Positions 16,233 to 24,920 are shown, numbered from the stretch's first letter. The stretch is DNA of 36,792 nt from Dehalococcoidales bacterium (GCA_030606585.1 JAUWGD010000002.1:1-36792), one strand, 5' to 3'. A program made the numbers and translations. The notes: generated by a model not told the origin, from the letters alone.

Positions 16233-17711
16233 ATGAGCATACCTAAAGAAGCTTATCAGACACTGCAATCCATTGTCGGGCCCGAATGGGTTAGTGATGA
16301 CCCGGCCATCTGTGAAGCCGACCGCTACTGTAGTCTGTCCGACCCTACCGATGAAAAACGCCGGCCCGGATGCAGCATCGAGCCGTCCAGCACCGATGAG
16401 GTACAGGCTATCGTCAAAGTAGCCAACCGGTACAAGCTGCCCTTCGTGGTTACCAGTACTTTCTACAGTTCCGGTACCTACGCCAGGAAGGAAAACTCCA
16501 TCCTCATCGATTTGAAGCGGATGAATAAGCTCGAGATAGATGAGAAAAACCAGTACGCTATTGTCGAGCCGGGAGTGACCTTCTCCGCCCTTCAGGCAGA
16601 CCTGTTTAAGATGGGACTTTGTACCTTCGTGCCGGGATGCGGCGGCCAGGCTTCCGTCGTAGCCAATACGGTCAATATGGGTGATGCTCCTATCGGCTGG
16701 AGGCACGGCCTCGGTTATCAGCGGCTGCTGGGCGTCGAGTGGGTGCTGCCCGAGGGTGATATACTGAAGATGGGCTCGCTTTCAAATGCGAATGATTTCT
16801 TCTGGGGCGAGGGACCCGGTCCCGACCTGCGCGGTCTGCTGCGGGGATGCGCCGGCCACCAGTCGAAGCTCGGGATTATCACCCGGATTGGCGTCAAGGT
16901 ATTCCCCTTCATTTCCGAAGAGCTCGAACCGTCCGGCTGGTCATACCATACCACCATGATGTTACCGACCAACAGGTTTAAATGGTATAATATCCGTTTT
17001 TACTCCCACGAGGATATCATCAATGCCATGTTCGAAATAGGCCGGTGTGAGATAGCTCTGGTGGTAATGACGGTACCCCCGATATTCAGGGGTGTCGCCA
17101 GGAGCAGGGGTGTGGGCTGCGGCGGGTTCTGGGAGTACTGGAAGGAAGCGGGACCCAAGCTCGCGCGGAAGCAGGAAGACCTCAGGGTATTGCTGTATGG
17201 TATCGGTTCAGACAAACGCCTGGAATACGAAGAGAAGGTTTTGCTGGATATAGTCAAGGATTTCAACGGCTCGGCCCGTGAAGCGCCCTGCCAGGATGAA
17301 ACGAACTTCATGGCCGCCGATGCCATCTGCGCTAATGTCGTCGGGGGGAGGTTCGCTTCCGAGGTCTCTTACGAGTCCATCAACCAGGCCACGAGGTACA
17401 GCAAGGAAGTCGATAAAATAACGGACGCACATAGACCTCCGATATTGCAGGAATACAACACCACGGACTGGATTTGCCCTTATGAACTTGGATATGTCGC
17501 CAAGATGGAATGCCTGCGTATGGCGGCCGCTGAAGATAATTATGCGCTGCAGGAGTGGAAGCGCGACGTCGAGGTAGTCTGCGCCGAAAGAGGCGCTTAC
17601 GCACTGGTACCCAATAGTGACGTTTTCGGTCCCGTCTGGGGGAACTACCCTGAAAAAGAAGATAAAATCAGGGCAGCCTTTGACCCTAACCACGTTTCTT
17701 CTCCTGAATAG
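16233..17711 (+). CDS. FAD-binding PCMH-type oxidase family protein, trio copy 1 subunit B
   Basis: AAAGGAG RBS. Motifs: KEAYQTLQSIVGPEWVSDDPA, DEVQAIVKVANRYKLPF, MNKLEIDEKNQYAIVEPGVTF, LLGVEWVLPEGDILKMGS, GPGPDLRGLLRG. C-terminal IRAAFDPNHV. Confidence 0.75.
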   Translation: MSIPKEAYQTLQSIVGPEWVSDDPAICEADRYCSLSDPTDEKRRPGCSIEPSSTDEVQAIVKVANRYKLPFVVTSTFYSSGTYARKENSILIDLKRMNKLEIDEKNQYAIVEPGVTFSALQADLFKMGLCTFVPGCGGQASVVANTVNMGDAPIGWRHGLGYQRLLGVEWVLPEGDILKMGSLSNANDFFWGEGPGPDLRGLLRGCAGHQSKLGIITRIGVKVFPFISEELEPSGWSYHTTMMLPTNRFKWYNIRFYSHEDIINAMFEIGRCEIALVVMTVPPIFRGVARSRGVGCGGFWEYWKEAGPKLARKQEDLRVLLYGIGSDKRLEYEEKVLLDIVKDFNGSAREAPCQDETNFMAADAICANVVGGRFASEVSYESINQATRYSKEVDKITDAHRPPILQEYNTTDWICPYELGYVAKMECLRMAAAEDNYALQEWKRDVEVVCAERGAYALVPNSDVFGPVWGNYPEKEDKIRAAFDPNHVSSPE

Positions 17712-17738
17712 GCGACTGGCCTGTAAAAAGGAGGCGAT

Positions 17739-19205
17739 ATGTTAAAGACAGCGCGTGAGTATACAGAAAGTCTGCGCCAGCTGAAACTGAACCTTTATCT
17801 GCTTGGCGAAAAGGTCGAGGACTGGGTTGATGAACCCATCATCAAGCCGTCAACCAATGCGGTAGCCATGACCTACAAGCTCGCCCACGAACCCGAAAAC
17901 GAGGCCCTGGCCGTCACGGAGTCCATGCTCACGGGGAAGAAGGTCAACAGGTTCATCTCCCTCTTCAAGAGCCCCGACGATATGGTCAGAAAAATTAAAC
18001 TGCAGAGAGAGCTGGGGCAGAGGACGGCCTGCTGCTTCCAGAGGTGTGTCGGCATGGACGGCATCAATGCTACCTTCAGCACTACTTTTGAAATCGATGA
18101 GAAATTCGGTACCGATTATCACCAGAGGTTTAAAAAATGGCTCGAATATATCCAGGAGAATGACCTGACTGTTGCCGGGGCCATGACCGATGTCAAGGGA
18201 CACCGCGGCGTGGCGCCCAGCCAGCAGAAAGACCCGGATATGTTCGTCCACATCTCCGAACGCCGGGATGACGGTATCATCATCCGTGGGGGCAAGGCCA
18301 ATATCACCGGGACAATAAATTCGCACGAGATGCTGCTCATGCCCACCCTCAGGATGCGGGAGGACGATAAAGACTACGCCGTCTGCTGTGCGGTACCCAC
18401 CGATGCCAAAGGGATAACCCACATCTATGGCCGGCAGTCCTGCGACACCCGCAAGCTGGAGGAAGGCGATATTGATGTCGGTAACTACGGCTTCGGCGGA
18501 CAAGAGACCCTGACCGTCTTCGAGGATGTCTTCGTCCCCTGGGAACGGGTCTTCATGAGCGGCGAATATGATTTCGCCATCATGCTGGTGGAACGTTTCG
18601 CCGCCTATCACCGACAGAGCTACGGCGGCTGCAAACCCGGCATCGCCGATGTCCTCATCGGTGCCACCGCCTCCATGGCCGATTACAACGGTGTGCGCCG
18701 GGCGGCTCATATCAGGGAAAAAATCGGGGAAATGATTCACCTCTCCGAGACAATACACGCCTGCGGTCTTGCCAGTGCCCACGAGGCCTGGAAGACCAAG
18801 GCGGGTAACTACCAGGCTCATATACTCCTGGCTAATGTATGCAAGCACAATACGACCAGATTCCCCTACGAGATAACCCGGCTTGCCGAGGACATCGCCG
18901 GGGGCATACTGGTCACCACCCCCTCCGAGAAGGACTTCAGACACCCGGAGATAGGAAAAATTATTGACAAGTACCTTAAAGGCGACCCCGCTTACTCCAC
19001 GGAGGAACGCTATCGCATGCTGTCGCTTATACACGCCATGTGCTTTGGCGTGGTGGCGCCCAGTTATCATACCGAGTCGATGCATGGCGCCGGTTCGCCG
19101 CAGGCGCAAAAGATTATGATTGAGCGCGAGACAGACATGGAGGCTAAACAACGCTTTGCCCGCAGTATCGCGGGCATCGATACACGAGAAGACCCGCTCG
19201 GTTAA
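17739..19205 (+). CDS. abfD: 4-hydroxybutyryl-CoA dehydratase / vinylacetyl-CoA delta-isomerase
   Basis: 488 aa. Alignable end to end with my recollection of Clostridium aminobutyricum AbfD: VAMTYKLA, CCFQRCVGMDG, YIQENDLTVAGAMTD, IYGRQSCDTRK, VERFAAYHRQSYGGCK, LLANVCKHNTTRFPYEITRLAEDIAGG, TESMHGAGSPQAQKIMI. Cluster ligands are present: C99, C103, H291, C298. AAAAGGAGG RBS. Confidence 0.9.
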   Translation: MLKTAREYTESLRQLKLNLYLLGEKVEDWVDEPIIKPSTNAVAMTYKLAHEPENEALAVTESMLTGKKVNRFISLFKSPDDMVRKIKLQRELGQRTACCFQRCVGMDGINATFSTTFEIDEKFGTDYHQRFKKWLEYIQENDLTVAGAMTDVKGHRGVAPSQQKDPDMFVHISERRDDGIIIRGGKANITGTINSHEMLLMPTLRMREDDKDYAVCCAVPTDAKGITHIYGRQSCDTRKLEEGDIDVGNYGFGGQETLTVFEDVFVPWERVFMSGEYDFAIMLVERFAAYHRQSYGGCKPGIADVLIGATASMADYNGVRRAAHIREKIGEMIHLSETIHACGLASAHEAWKTKAGNYQAHILLANVCKHNTTRFPYEITRLAEDIAGGILVTTPSEKDFRHPEIGKIIDKYLKGDPAYSTEERYRMLSLIHAMCFGVVAPSYHTESMHGAGSPQAQKIMIERETDMEAKQRFARSIAGIDTREDPLG

Positions 19206-19227
19206 ACCCGGGAAAGGAGGCGACATT

Positions 19228-20421
19228 ATGTCTTACTTTCTGAGTCCTAAAAAAATCCTGTTCGGAAAAAACATGTTGAGGAGGTTGGGCGCCGAGCTTG
19301 AAGGCCGCGGCAATAAAGCCATTTTAATTACAGATAAAAACATGGTCAAGCTCAGCGGAGAACTTGTCGAGGCGGTCAAGGCTGCCGGATACGAGGTTAA
19401 TATCTGGGACGGAGCGGAGCCGGAACCTTCGACGGCGGGCGCCATCGAGGCCGGCAAGTTGCTAAAAGAGTTCAAACCCCAGCTGGTTATCGGGTTCGGC
19501 GGGGGTTCGGTGCTGGACACGGCCAAAGCAGCCTGGGTGCTCTATGAGAACGCGGAAATCGTCCCGGAAGAAATCACGTCCGTTAATGTAAAGTCAAAAC
19601 TGAGCCCGCAGAAGAAAGCCAGATTCATGACCGTCCCTACCACCAGCGGCACCGGCTCGGATGTCACCTGGGCTATCGTGCTCTCGGAGGCCGCCGAACA
19701 CCGCAAGGTTGGCTTCGCCAACACGGAAATAGTGCCCGATATTACGCTGCTGGTCCCCGAATTTACCGCCGGCATGCCCAGGGCGCTGACGGCCAGCACC
19801 GGTCTGGACGTTCTGGGGCACGCCCTCGACGGATACACCGCCAGGCAGCAGACCGATTTCAGTGACGGACTCTGCCTGCAGGCCATGAAGCTGGCCTTCG
19901 AGTGGCTTCCCAGGGCCTGCGCCAACGGAGAAGACCTCGTCGCCAGGGAGAAAATGCAGAACGCCGCCACCGTGGCCGGTCTGGGATTCGGCAACAGCAA
20001 TACCTCACTCTGCCATGCCCTGGCACATACGCTCGGTGCTACTTTTAACATACCTCACGGTCGCTCCGTAGGCATAACATTACCTTACTCGCTGGAATAT
20101 ATCGCCGCCAATCCCGCCATCGAGGGGGCTCCCGACCCGGTGGAGAGGCTCAGCACCGCCGCCAGATTTGCCGGTATTAAAGATGAATCAGACCAAGCAG
20201 CCATTAAAAAGCTGATTCAGAAATTAAGAGACCTGGCGAAGGAAACGGGTGAGCCGCTGAGCCTGAAGGAAGCCGGCATCACGGAACAGCAGATGAACGA
20301 TAACCTGGACACCCTGGTCACCCTCGCCGGCAACGATGTCAATATGTACTCCAGTCCCTGCGAATGCCAGGACGAGAAGCTCCGCCAGCTCTTCCAGGAC
20401 ATCTGGAAAGGGACGATTTAA
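19228..20421 (+). CDS. iron-containing (group III) alcohol dehydrogenase, candidate 4-hydroxybutyrate dehydrogenase
   Basis: From ORF 19120..20421, trimmed to the ATG at 19228, which follows GGAAAGGAGG (19211..19220). The upstream part of the ORF overlaps the abfD 3' end. Fe-ADH motifs: GFGGGSVLDTAKA, PTTSGTGS, and the metal-His region LCHALAHTLGATFNIPHG. Confidence 0.85.
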   Translation: MSYFLSPKKILFGKNMLRRLGAELEGRGNKAILITDKNMVKLSGELVEAVKAAGYEVNIWDGAEPEPSTAGAIEAGKLLKEFKPQLVIGFGGGSVLDTAKAAWVLYENAEIVPEEITSVNVKSKLSPQKKARFMTVPTTSGTGSDVTWAIVLSEAAEHRKVGFANTEIVPDITLLVPEFTAGMPRALTASTGLDVLGHALDGYTARQQTDFSDGLCLQAMKLAFEWLPRACANGEDLVAREKMQNAATVAGLGFGNSNTSLCHALAHTLGATFNIPHGRSVGITLPYSLEYIAANPAIEGAPDPVERLSTAARFAGIKDESDQAAIKKLIQKLRDLAKETGEPLSLKEAGITEQQMNDNLDTLVTLAGNDVNMYSSPCECQDEKLRQLFQDIWKGTI

Positions 20422-20430
20422 AAACAGTTC

Positions 20431-20504
20431 GTCATTGCGAGCGTAGTGAAGCAATCCGCTACCCTGACAACGGATTGCTGCGGCACTTCGTGCCTCGCAA
20501 TGAC
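20431..20504. repeat. intergenic nested-palindrome (REP/MITE-like) element, GTCATTGCGAG...CTCGCAATGAC type
   Basis: Outer inverted repeat: GTCATTGCGAG (20431..20441) with CTCGCAATGAC (20494..20504). Inner inverted repeat: AGCAATCCG (20450..20458) with CGGATTGCT (20471..20479). It lies in the 125 nt gap after the ADH stop. Confidence 0.7.
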
Positions 20505-20546
20505 ATCGGGGATTCGGATTAAGGAGAAAATTAAGGAGCAATAGAT

Positions 20547-21407
20547 ATGCCTGTTTGCCAGGCTAACGGCATTAACATTAATTACAGGGTATATGGCGAG
20601 GGGTTCCCCCTGGTCTTAAGCCATCCCTTCTCAGCCAGCCTGGAGTTCTGGGCAAACCTGATTCAAAGCCTGCCGCCTCAATACCAGGTTATTGCCTATG
20701 ATGTCCGTGGCCACGGCCTGTCCTCAGCGCCGGCCGGGGAGGAGAATTACACTCTGGATATCCTCGTGGAAGACCTGCATCACCTGCTGGAACATTTAAA
20801 AATAGAGAAAGCTTATATCGGCGGCCTTTCGCTGGGCGGCGCCATATCGCTGGGTTACGCCGGCCGCCACCCCGAGACCGTAAAAGCCCTGCTTATCTTC
20901 GATATTCACGGCGGCTTTTCCCCGCCTGCCGACCCCGCTATGAAGGCCGCCATGGCCGAGGGGCGGGAAAAGGGTGAAAAGTACGCCATGGAAAGAGGCA
21001 TGGCCGATTTCGCCCGGCGGCAGCTTGCCACCGGGTCCGCTTTCCCCCCCGTCCCCGACGACGAAGCCCTTCAGGAGCAATACGTCGAAAGAATGGCAAA
21101 ATTCCCGGTTAACGGGTATATCGGCGTCGGCCGGGCCTCGCCCTGGGAAGAAGAATGGCAGCGCGAAGTGGCCGACAATGTGAGTGTAGCCACCCTGATA
21201 ACCGTCGGCAGCGACGACCTGCCCATGGTAGTATCGGGCACGAGTATATTACACGAGCACATCAAGGGTTCGCGCTACGTGGTGATAAAGGGCTCCGTTC
21301 ATGAAACGGCGCGGTGGCGCCCCGATGCATTCAATCAGGCTGTTATCGAGTTTCTCGATGCGGTAGAGGCGGGCAAACCGGTGGCGGGAGAAATGACCCT
21401 GGGCTAA
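20547..21407 (+). CDS. alpha/beta-fold hydrolase (3-oxoadipate enol-lactonase / C-C hydrolase-like)
   Basis: 286 aa. Motifs: INYRVYGEGFPLVLSHP, YDVRGHGLS, the nucleophile elbow GLSLGG, and a C-terminal His in GSVHE. AAGGAG RBS. Confidence 0.8.
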   Translation: MPVCQANGININYRVYGEGFPLVLSHPFSASLEFWANLIQSLPPQYQVIAYDVRGHGLSSAPAGEENYTLDILVEDLHHLLEHLKIEKAYIGGLSLGGAISLGYAGRHPETVKALLIFDIHGGFSPPADPAMKAAMAEGREKGEKYAMERGMADFARRQLATGSAFPPVPDDEALQEQYVERMAKFPVNGYIGVGRASPWEEEWQREVADNVSVATLITVGSDDLPMVVSGTSILHEHIKGSRYVVIKGSVHETARWRPDAFNQAVIEFLDAVEAGKPVAGEMTLG

Positions 21408-21518
21408 GATACCGACAGCCGTTAGCTATAAATTATAAAAACATGCCGTTTATTGATTGGTGCAATCGGTAGCCCGATTATGATAATATTAAGCAAATTC
21501 TAAACCTGTGGAGGCAAA

Positions 21519-24158
21519 ATGGTACCGAATAACAGTAACCCCGGAAGAGCAGCCAAGGGTGAGAAAAGTGTTTGTAAAGGGCTTGGTTTCTGCTCGATAT
21601 CAGGGGACGCGAATTCCTCTGTCGTTGATGTCAAAGATGGAAAAATCGTCAGGATTAGACCGCTGCACTATGACTGGAAATATAAACCAGAAGAATTCAA
21701 CCCGTGGAAGATGGAGGCGCGCGGTCAGACTTTCGAGCCCAGCATGAAATCGTTAATCGGGCCTTTCAGCCTGGCTTACAAGAAGCGGGCTTTATCCCCC
21801 AACCGGATTCTGTATCCGCTAAAGAGAGTCGATTGGGACCCCAACGGAGAAAGAAATACCCAGAATCGCGGGAAGAGCGGCTATGTTAGAATCTCCTGGG
21901 ATGAAGCCCTGGATATAATCGCCAGCGAGATAAAGAGGTTAAATAATAAATACGGGCCTACCACCATACTTGCCCAGGCGGACGGTCACGGGGAGACAAA
22001 AACCGTACACGCCGCCCACGGCTGCCAGAGAAGGCTCCTCGACCTCCTGGGGGGATATACCATACAGATGAGGAACCCGGACAGCTGGGAGGGGTGGTAC
22101 TGGGGCGCCAAGCATACCTGGGGATGCGAAAACCTGGGCCAGATGTATCCTTTGACCAATGTGATACCGGATATTTGCGACCACTCGGAGGTTGTACTGT
22201 TCTGGGGCTGTGACATGGAGACCACCCCCTGGGGCTGGCAGGGACAGCTGCCCAGCCGGTTATGCTATTGGTTCACCGAGCTGGGAATAAAGCAGTTATA
22301 CATCTGCCCGGACCTCAACTACGGGGCGGCGGTCCATGCCGATAAATGGATACCCATTAGACCCAATACCGATGCCGCCATGCGCCTGGCCATAGCCTGG
22401 GTCTGGCTTACCGAAGGCACCTATGATAAAGAGTATATCAAGACACATGCCTTCGGATTCGACAAATTCGCGGATTACGTCCTGGGTAAGGAGGACGGGG
22501 TACCCAAGACACCCAGGTGGGCGGAAGACAAGTCCGGGGTTCCCTCCCGGATTATCAAAGCTCTGGCCAGGGAATGGGCCTCCAAAGCGACATCTATAGC
22601 GCACGGCAACGGCGGTTCCTCCATCAGGGGCCCTTACTCGACCGAACCCGCCAGGATTGAGGTCTTGCTGCTGGGCATGCAGGGACTTGGTAAGCCCGGC
22701 GCGCACTTTGTAAAAATGATTGAATGGGGCCTGTTCTTCGACCCGGGCTGGTATCCCATGCCCAGTCCCAAAGAGCTGCCGGACGTTAATGCCGCCGGCC
22801 ACGGGCAGCGGGTAGGCAGCCCGGCGGTGCAGAGGGGAGTGGCTGCTGATGGTGAAGAACTGGAGCATTTCCCCAAATCGTTCATACCCAAGACCCTCAT
22901 TCACGATGCCATCCTTAATCCTCCCCTCACCTGGTACGGTACCACCAGCGCCGGTTTCCCGCGCGACGACCAGTTTGTCCAGTATAAATACCCCGCCGAC
23001 GGTTGTGCTGAAATCCACATGATATGGTCCGATACGCCCTGCTTGCTGACATGCTGGAACGACAGCAACAGCGTCGCCAAAGCGTACCAGAGCCCGAAAA
23101 TCGAGTTCATGCTGGTGCAGCATCCCTGGATGGAGAACGACTGTCTCTTCGCCGATATCCTTCTGCCCGTCAATACCAAGTTCGAGGAAGAGGATATCGC
23201 CACGGATAACTTCAGCGGCCAGTTCAGTACCATCATGTATGAGGACCAATGCATTGAACCCAAAGGTGAGTCCAAGACCGACTACGAGGTAGTCTGTATG
23301 ATAGCCGAGAAGATGGGTCTGCTGAAAGAATACACCAGGGGCAGGTCAATAAAAGAGTGGATAAAGTTCGGCTTTGACCATGCGGAAATCTCCCCCGCGA
23401 TAAGCTATGAAGAACTAAAGGAGAAAGGCTATTTCGTTTTACCCACCGACCCGGACTGGAAGAAGAAAGAGGTCGGCTTGAGTGGTTTCGCTAAAGACCC
23501 GGTGAAAAACCCGCTGAATACTCCTTCCGGTAAGATTGAATTCTATTCCCAGAGTCTCGCGGAGCACTTCCCTGACGATGACGAGAGACCGCCGGTTCCC
23601 CACTGGATTGAAAAGGGCTCGGGCCACGATGAAAGCGTTTCCAGCGTCAGGACTAAAGACTACCCCCTGCTCATAATATCCAACCACGGCCGCTGGAGGG
23701 TGCATGCCAATCTCGATGATATCAGCTGGTTCCATGAAATCGAAACCTGTAAAGTCATCGGGGCGGACGGGTACCATTATGAGCCTATCTGGATTCACCC
23801 GACAGATGCTGAAGAGAGGGGCATCGCCCACGGAGACGTGGTTAACGTATTCAACGAGAGGGGCGGTGTTCTCGTGGGCGCTTACTTGACGGAGAGAATA
23901 ATGCCCGGCACTGTTTACGTAGACCACGGAGCCCGGTACGACCCGATAGTCGTCGGTGAGCTTGACAGGGGAGGCGCCATCAATACCATTTCCCCACACA
24001 GCATTACCTCCAGGAACTGCGCCGGGATGGCTACCAGCGGCTACCTGGTGGAAGTAGCGACCGTCGACCTGGACGAAATGAGGAGGCAGTACCCCGAAGC
24101 CTTCAACAGGCCGTACGATAAGGCTACCGGGCAACTTATAGAGCGAGTCATGGTTTAA
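21519..24158 (+). CDS. pyrogallol hydroxytransferase (transhydroxylase) large-subunit-like bis-MGD Mo enzyme, AthL / resorcinol-hydroxylase family
   Basis: 879 aa. No N-terminal Fe-S Cys motif and no Tat signal, as in AthL. Blocks match my recollection of P. acidigallici AthL: VDVKDGKIVRIRP, WKMEARGQTFEPS, DPNGERN, RISWDEALDIIASEIKRL, NPDSWEGWYWG, YDKEYIKTHAFGFDKFADYVLGKEDGVPKTPRWAEDKSGVPSRIIKALAREWA, CIEPKGESKTDYEV, TPSGKIEF, RGGAINTI. GGAGG RBS. Confidence 0.85.
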   Translation: MVPNNSNPGRAAKGEKSVCKGLGFCSISGDANSSVVDVKDGKIVRIRPLHYDWKYKPEEFNPWKMEARGQTFEPSMKSLIGPFSLAYKKRALSPNRILYPLKRVDWDPNGERNTQNRGKSGYVRISWDEALDIIASEIKRLNNKYGPTTILAQADGHGETKTVHAAHGCQRRLLDLLGGYTIQMRNPDSWEGWYWGAKHTWGCENLGQMYPLTNVIPDICDHSEVVLFWGCDMETTPWGWQGQLPSRLCYWFTELGIKQLYICPDLNYGAAVHADKWIPIRPNTDAAMRLAIAWVWLTEGTYDKEYIKTHAFGFDKFADYVLGKEDGVPKTPRWAEDKSGVPSRIIKALAREWASKATSIAHGNGGSSIRGPYSTEPARIEVLLLGMQGLGKPGAHFVKMIEWGLFFDPGWYPMPSPKELPDVNAAGHGQRVGSPAVQRGVAADGEELEHFPKSFIPKTLIHDAILNPPLTWYGTTSAGFPRDDQFVQYKYPADGCAEIHMIWSDTPCLLTCWNDSNSVAKAYQSPKIEFMLVQHPWMENDCLFADILLPVNTKFEEEDIATDNFSGQFSTIMYEDQCIEPKGESKTDYEVVCMIAEKMGLLKEYTRGRSIKEWIKFGFDHAEISPAISYEELKEKGYFVLPTDPDWKKKEVGLSGFAKDPVKNPLNTPSGKIEFYSQSLAEHFPDDDERPPVPHWIEKGSGHDESVSSVRTKDYPLLIISNHGRWRVHANLDDISWFHEIETCKVIGADGYHYEPIWIHPTDAEERGIAHGDVVNVFNERGGVLVGAYLTERIMPGTVYVDHGARYDPIVVGELDRGGAINTISPHSITSRNCAGMATSGYLVEVATVDLDEMRRQYPEAFNRPYDKATGQLIERVMV

Positions 24159-24204
24159 AAAGCTCCCGCTCGTTTTCCTAAAGTAAATACGGAACTTCCC
24201 CGCT

Positions 24205-24300
24205 GTCATTCCCGCGCAGGCGGGAATCCAGAGGAGGAGTGGTGGTCTGGATTCTCGGGTCAAGCCTTCAGGCTGACTCAGGCTGAAGCCCGAGAATGAC
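24205..24300. repeat. intergenic nested-palindrome (REP/MITE-like) element, GTCATTCCCGCG...GAGAATGAC type
   Basis: Outer: GTCATTC (24205..24211) with GAATGAC (24294..24300). Hairpin: CCCGC-gcag-GCGGG (24211..24224). Further pairs: GAATCCAGA (24224..24232) with TCTGGATTC (24246..24254), and CTCGGG (24254..24259) with CCCGAG (24289..24294). Confidence 0.7.
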
Positions 24301-24333
24301 ATTATAAGACTATCTCGGTGAGGTATAACGGGA

Positions 24334-24906
24334 ATGATACTCATTATCGGAATAACCGGGGCTTCCGGGGTGATATACGGCATCCGGCTGCTCGAGGTGT
24401 TATCGTCCAATAAAGAAGTGGAAACACACCTCATCATTTCTGAAGTCGGAGAAGAAATTATAAGGCATGAGACCGATTGGCCGCCGGAACGGGTGAGAGC
24501 GCTGGCGGATGTCTGTTATGACATTAACGATATCGGCGCCAGGCTTGCCAGCGGCTCGTTTAAGAAGGACGGAATGGTGATTGCTCCCTGCAGCATGAAG
24601 ACCCTTTCGGCACTGGCGAACTCATACACGGACAACCTGCTTACCCGCGCCGCCGATACAGCCCTCAAGGAGCGGAAAAGGCTGGTCTTACTGGCGAGAG
24701 AGACCCCGCTTCACCTGGGTCACCTGAGAAACATGGTAAAGCTGACGGAGATGGGTGCTATCGTCTTCCCGCCGATTCCCGCCTTTTATCATAAGCCGAA
24801 AACAATCCGGGACCTGGTTGACCACACCGTAGGTAAGGTCCTGGATGTATTCGACATCAAGCATGAACTCTTCAAAAGGTGGGACGGCCTGGACAGCGAT
24901 GATTAG
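24334..24906 (+). CDS. ubiX: flavin prenyltransferase UbiX (prFMN synthase)
   Basis: 190 aa. Motifs: MILIIGITGASGVIYGIRLLEVL, MVIAPCSMKTLSALANSYTDNLLTRAADTALKERKRLVL, ARETPLHLGHLRNM. Confidence 0.9.
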   Translation: MILIIGITGASGVIYGIRLLEVLSSNKEVETHLIISEVGEEIIRHETDWPPERVRALADVCYDINDIGARLASGSFKKDGMVIAPCSMKTLSALANSYTDNLLTRAADTALKERKRLVLLARETPLHLGHLRNMVKLTEMGAIVFPPIPAFYHKPKTIRDLVDHTVGKVLDVFDIKHELFKRWDGLDSDD

Positions 24907-24920
24907 TAATCCGGCTTCTG

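Noticed and set aside
17850-19226. 458 aa ORF on the minus strand, fully antisense to abfD
   Set aside because: It is a shadow frame of a strongly supported gene. Its composition is Gly/Arg/His/Pro-rich and low in complexity, it has no RBS, and it has no recognisable domain. The sense-strand protein aligns end to end with a known enzyme family.
23439-24437. 332 aa minus-strand ORF spanning the 3' end of the AthL-like gene, the intergenic repeat and the ubiX start
   Set aside because: It overlaps two supported genes and reads straight through the palindromic element. The stretch WIPACAGMTAGKF is simply the translated repeat. This is a typical false ORF created by REP-like sequences.
24907-24920. 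Convergent gene ends (ubiX stop and ferritin-like gene stop) only 14 nt apart with no terminator
   Set aside because: No stem-loop can be drawn in 14 nt. Termination presumably occurs within the opposing coding regions. Nothing further is supportable from the sequence.
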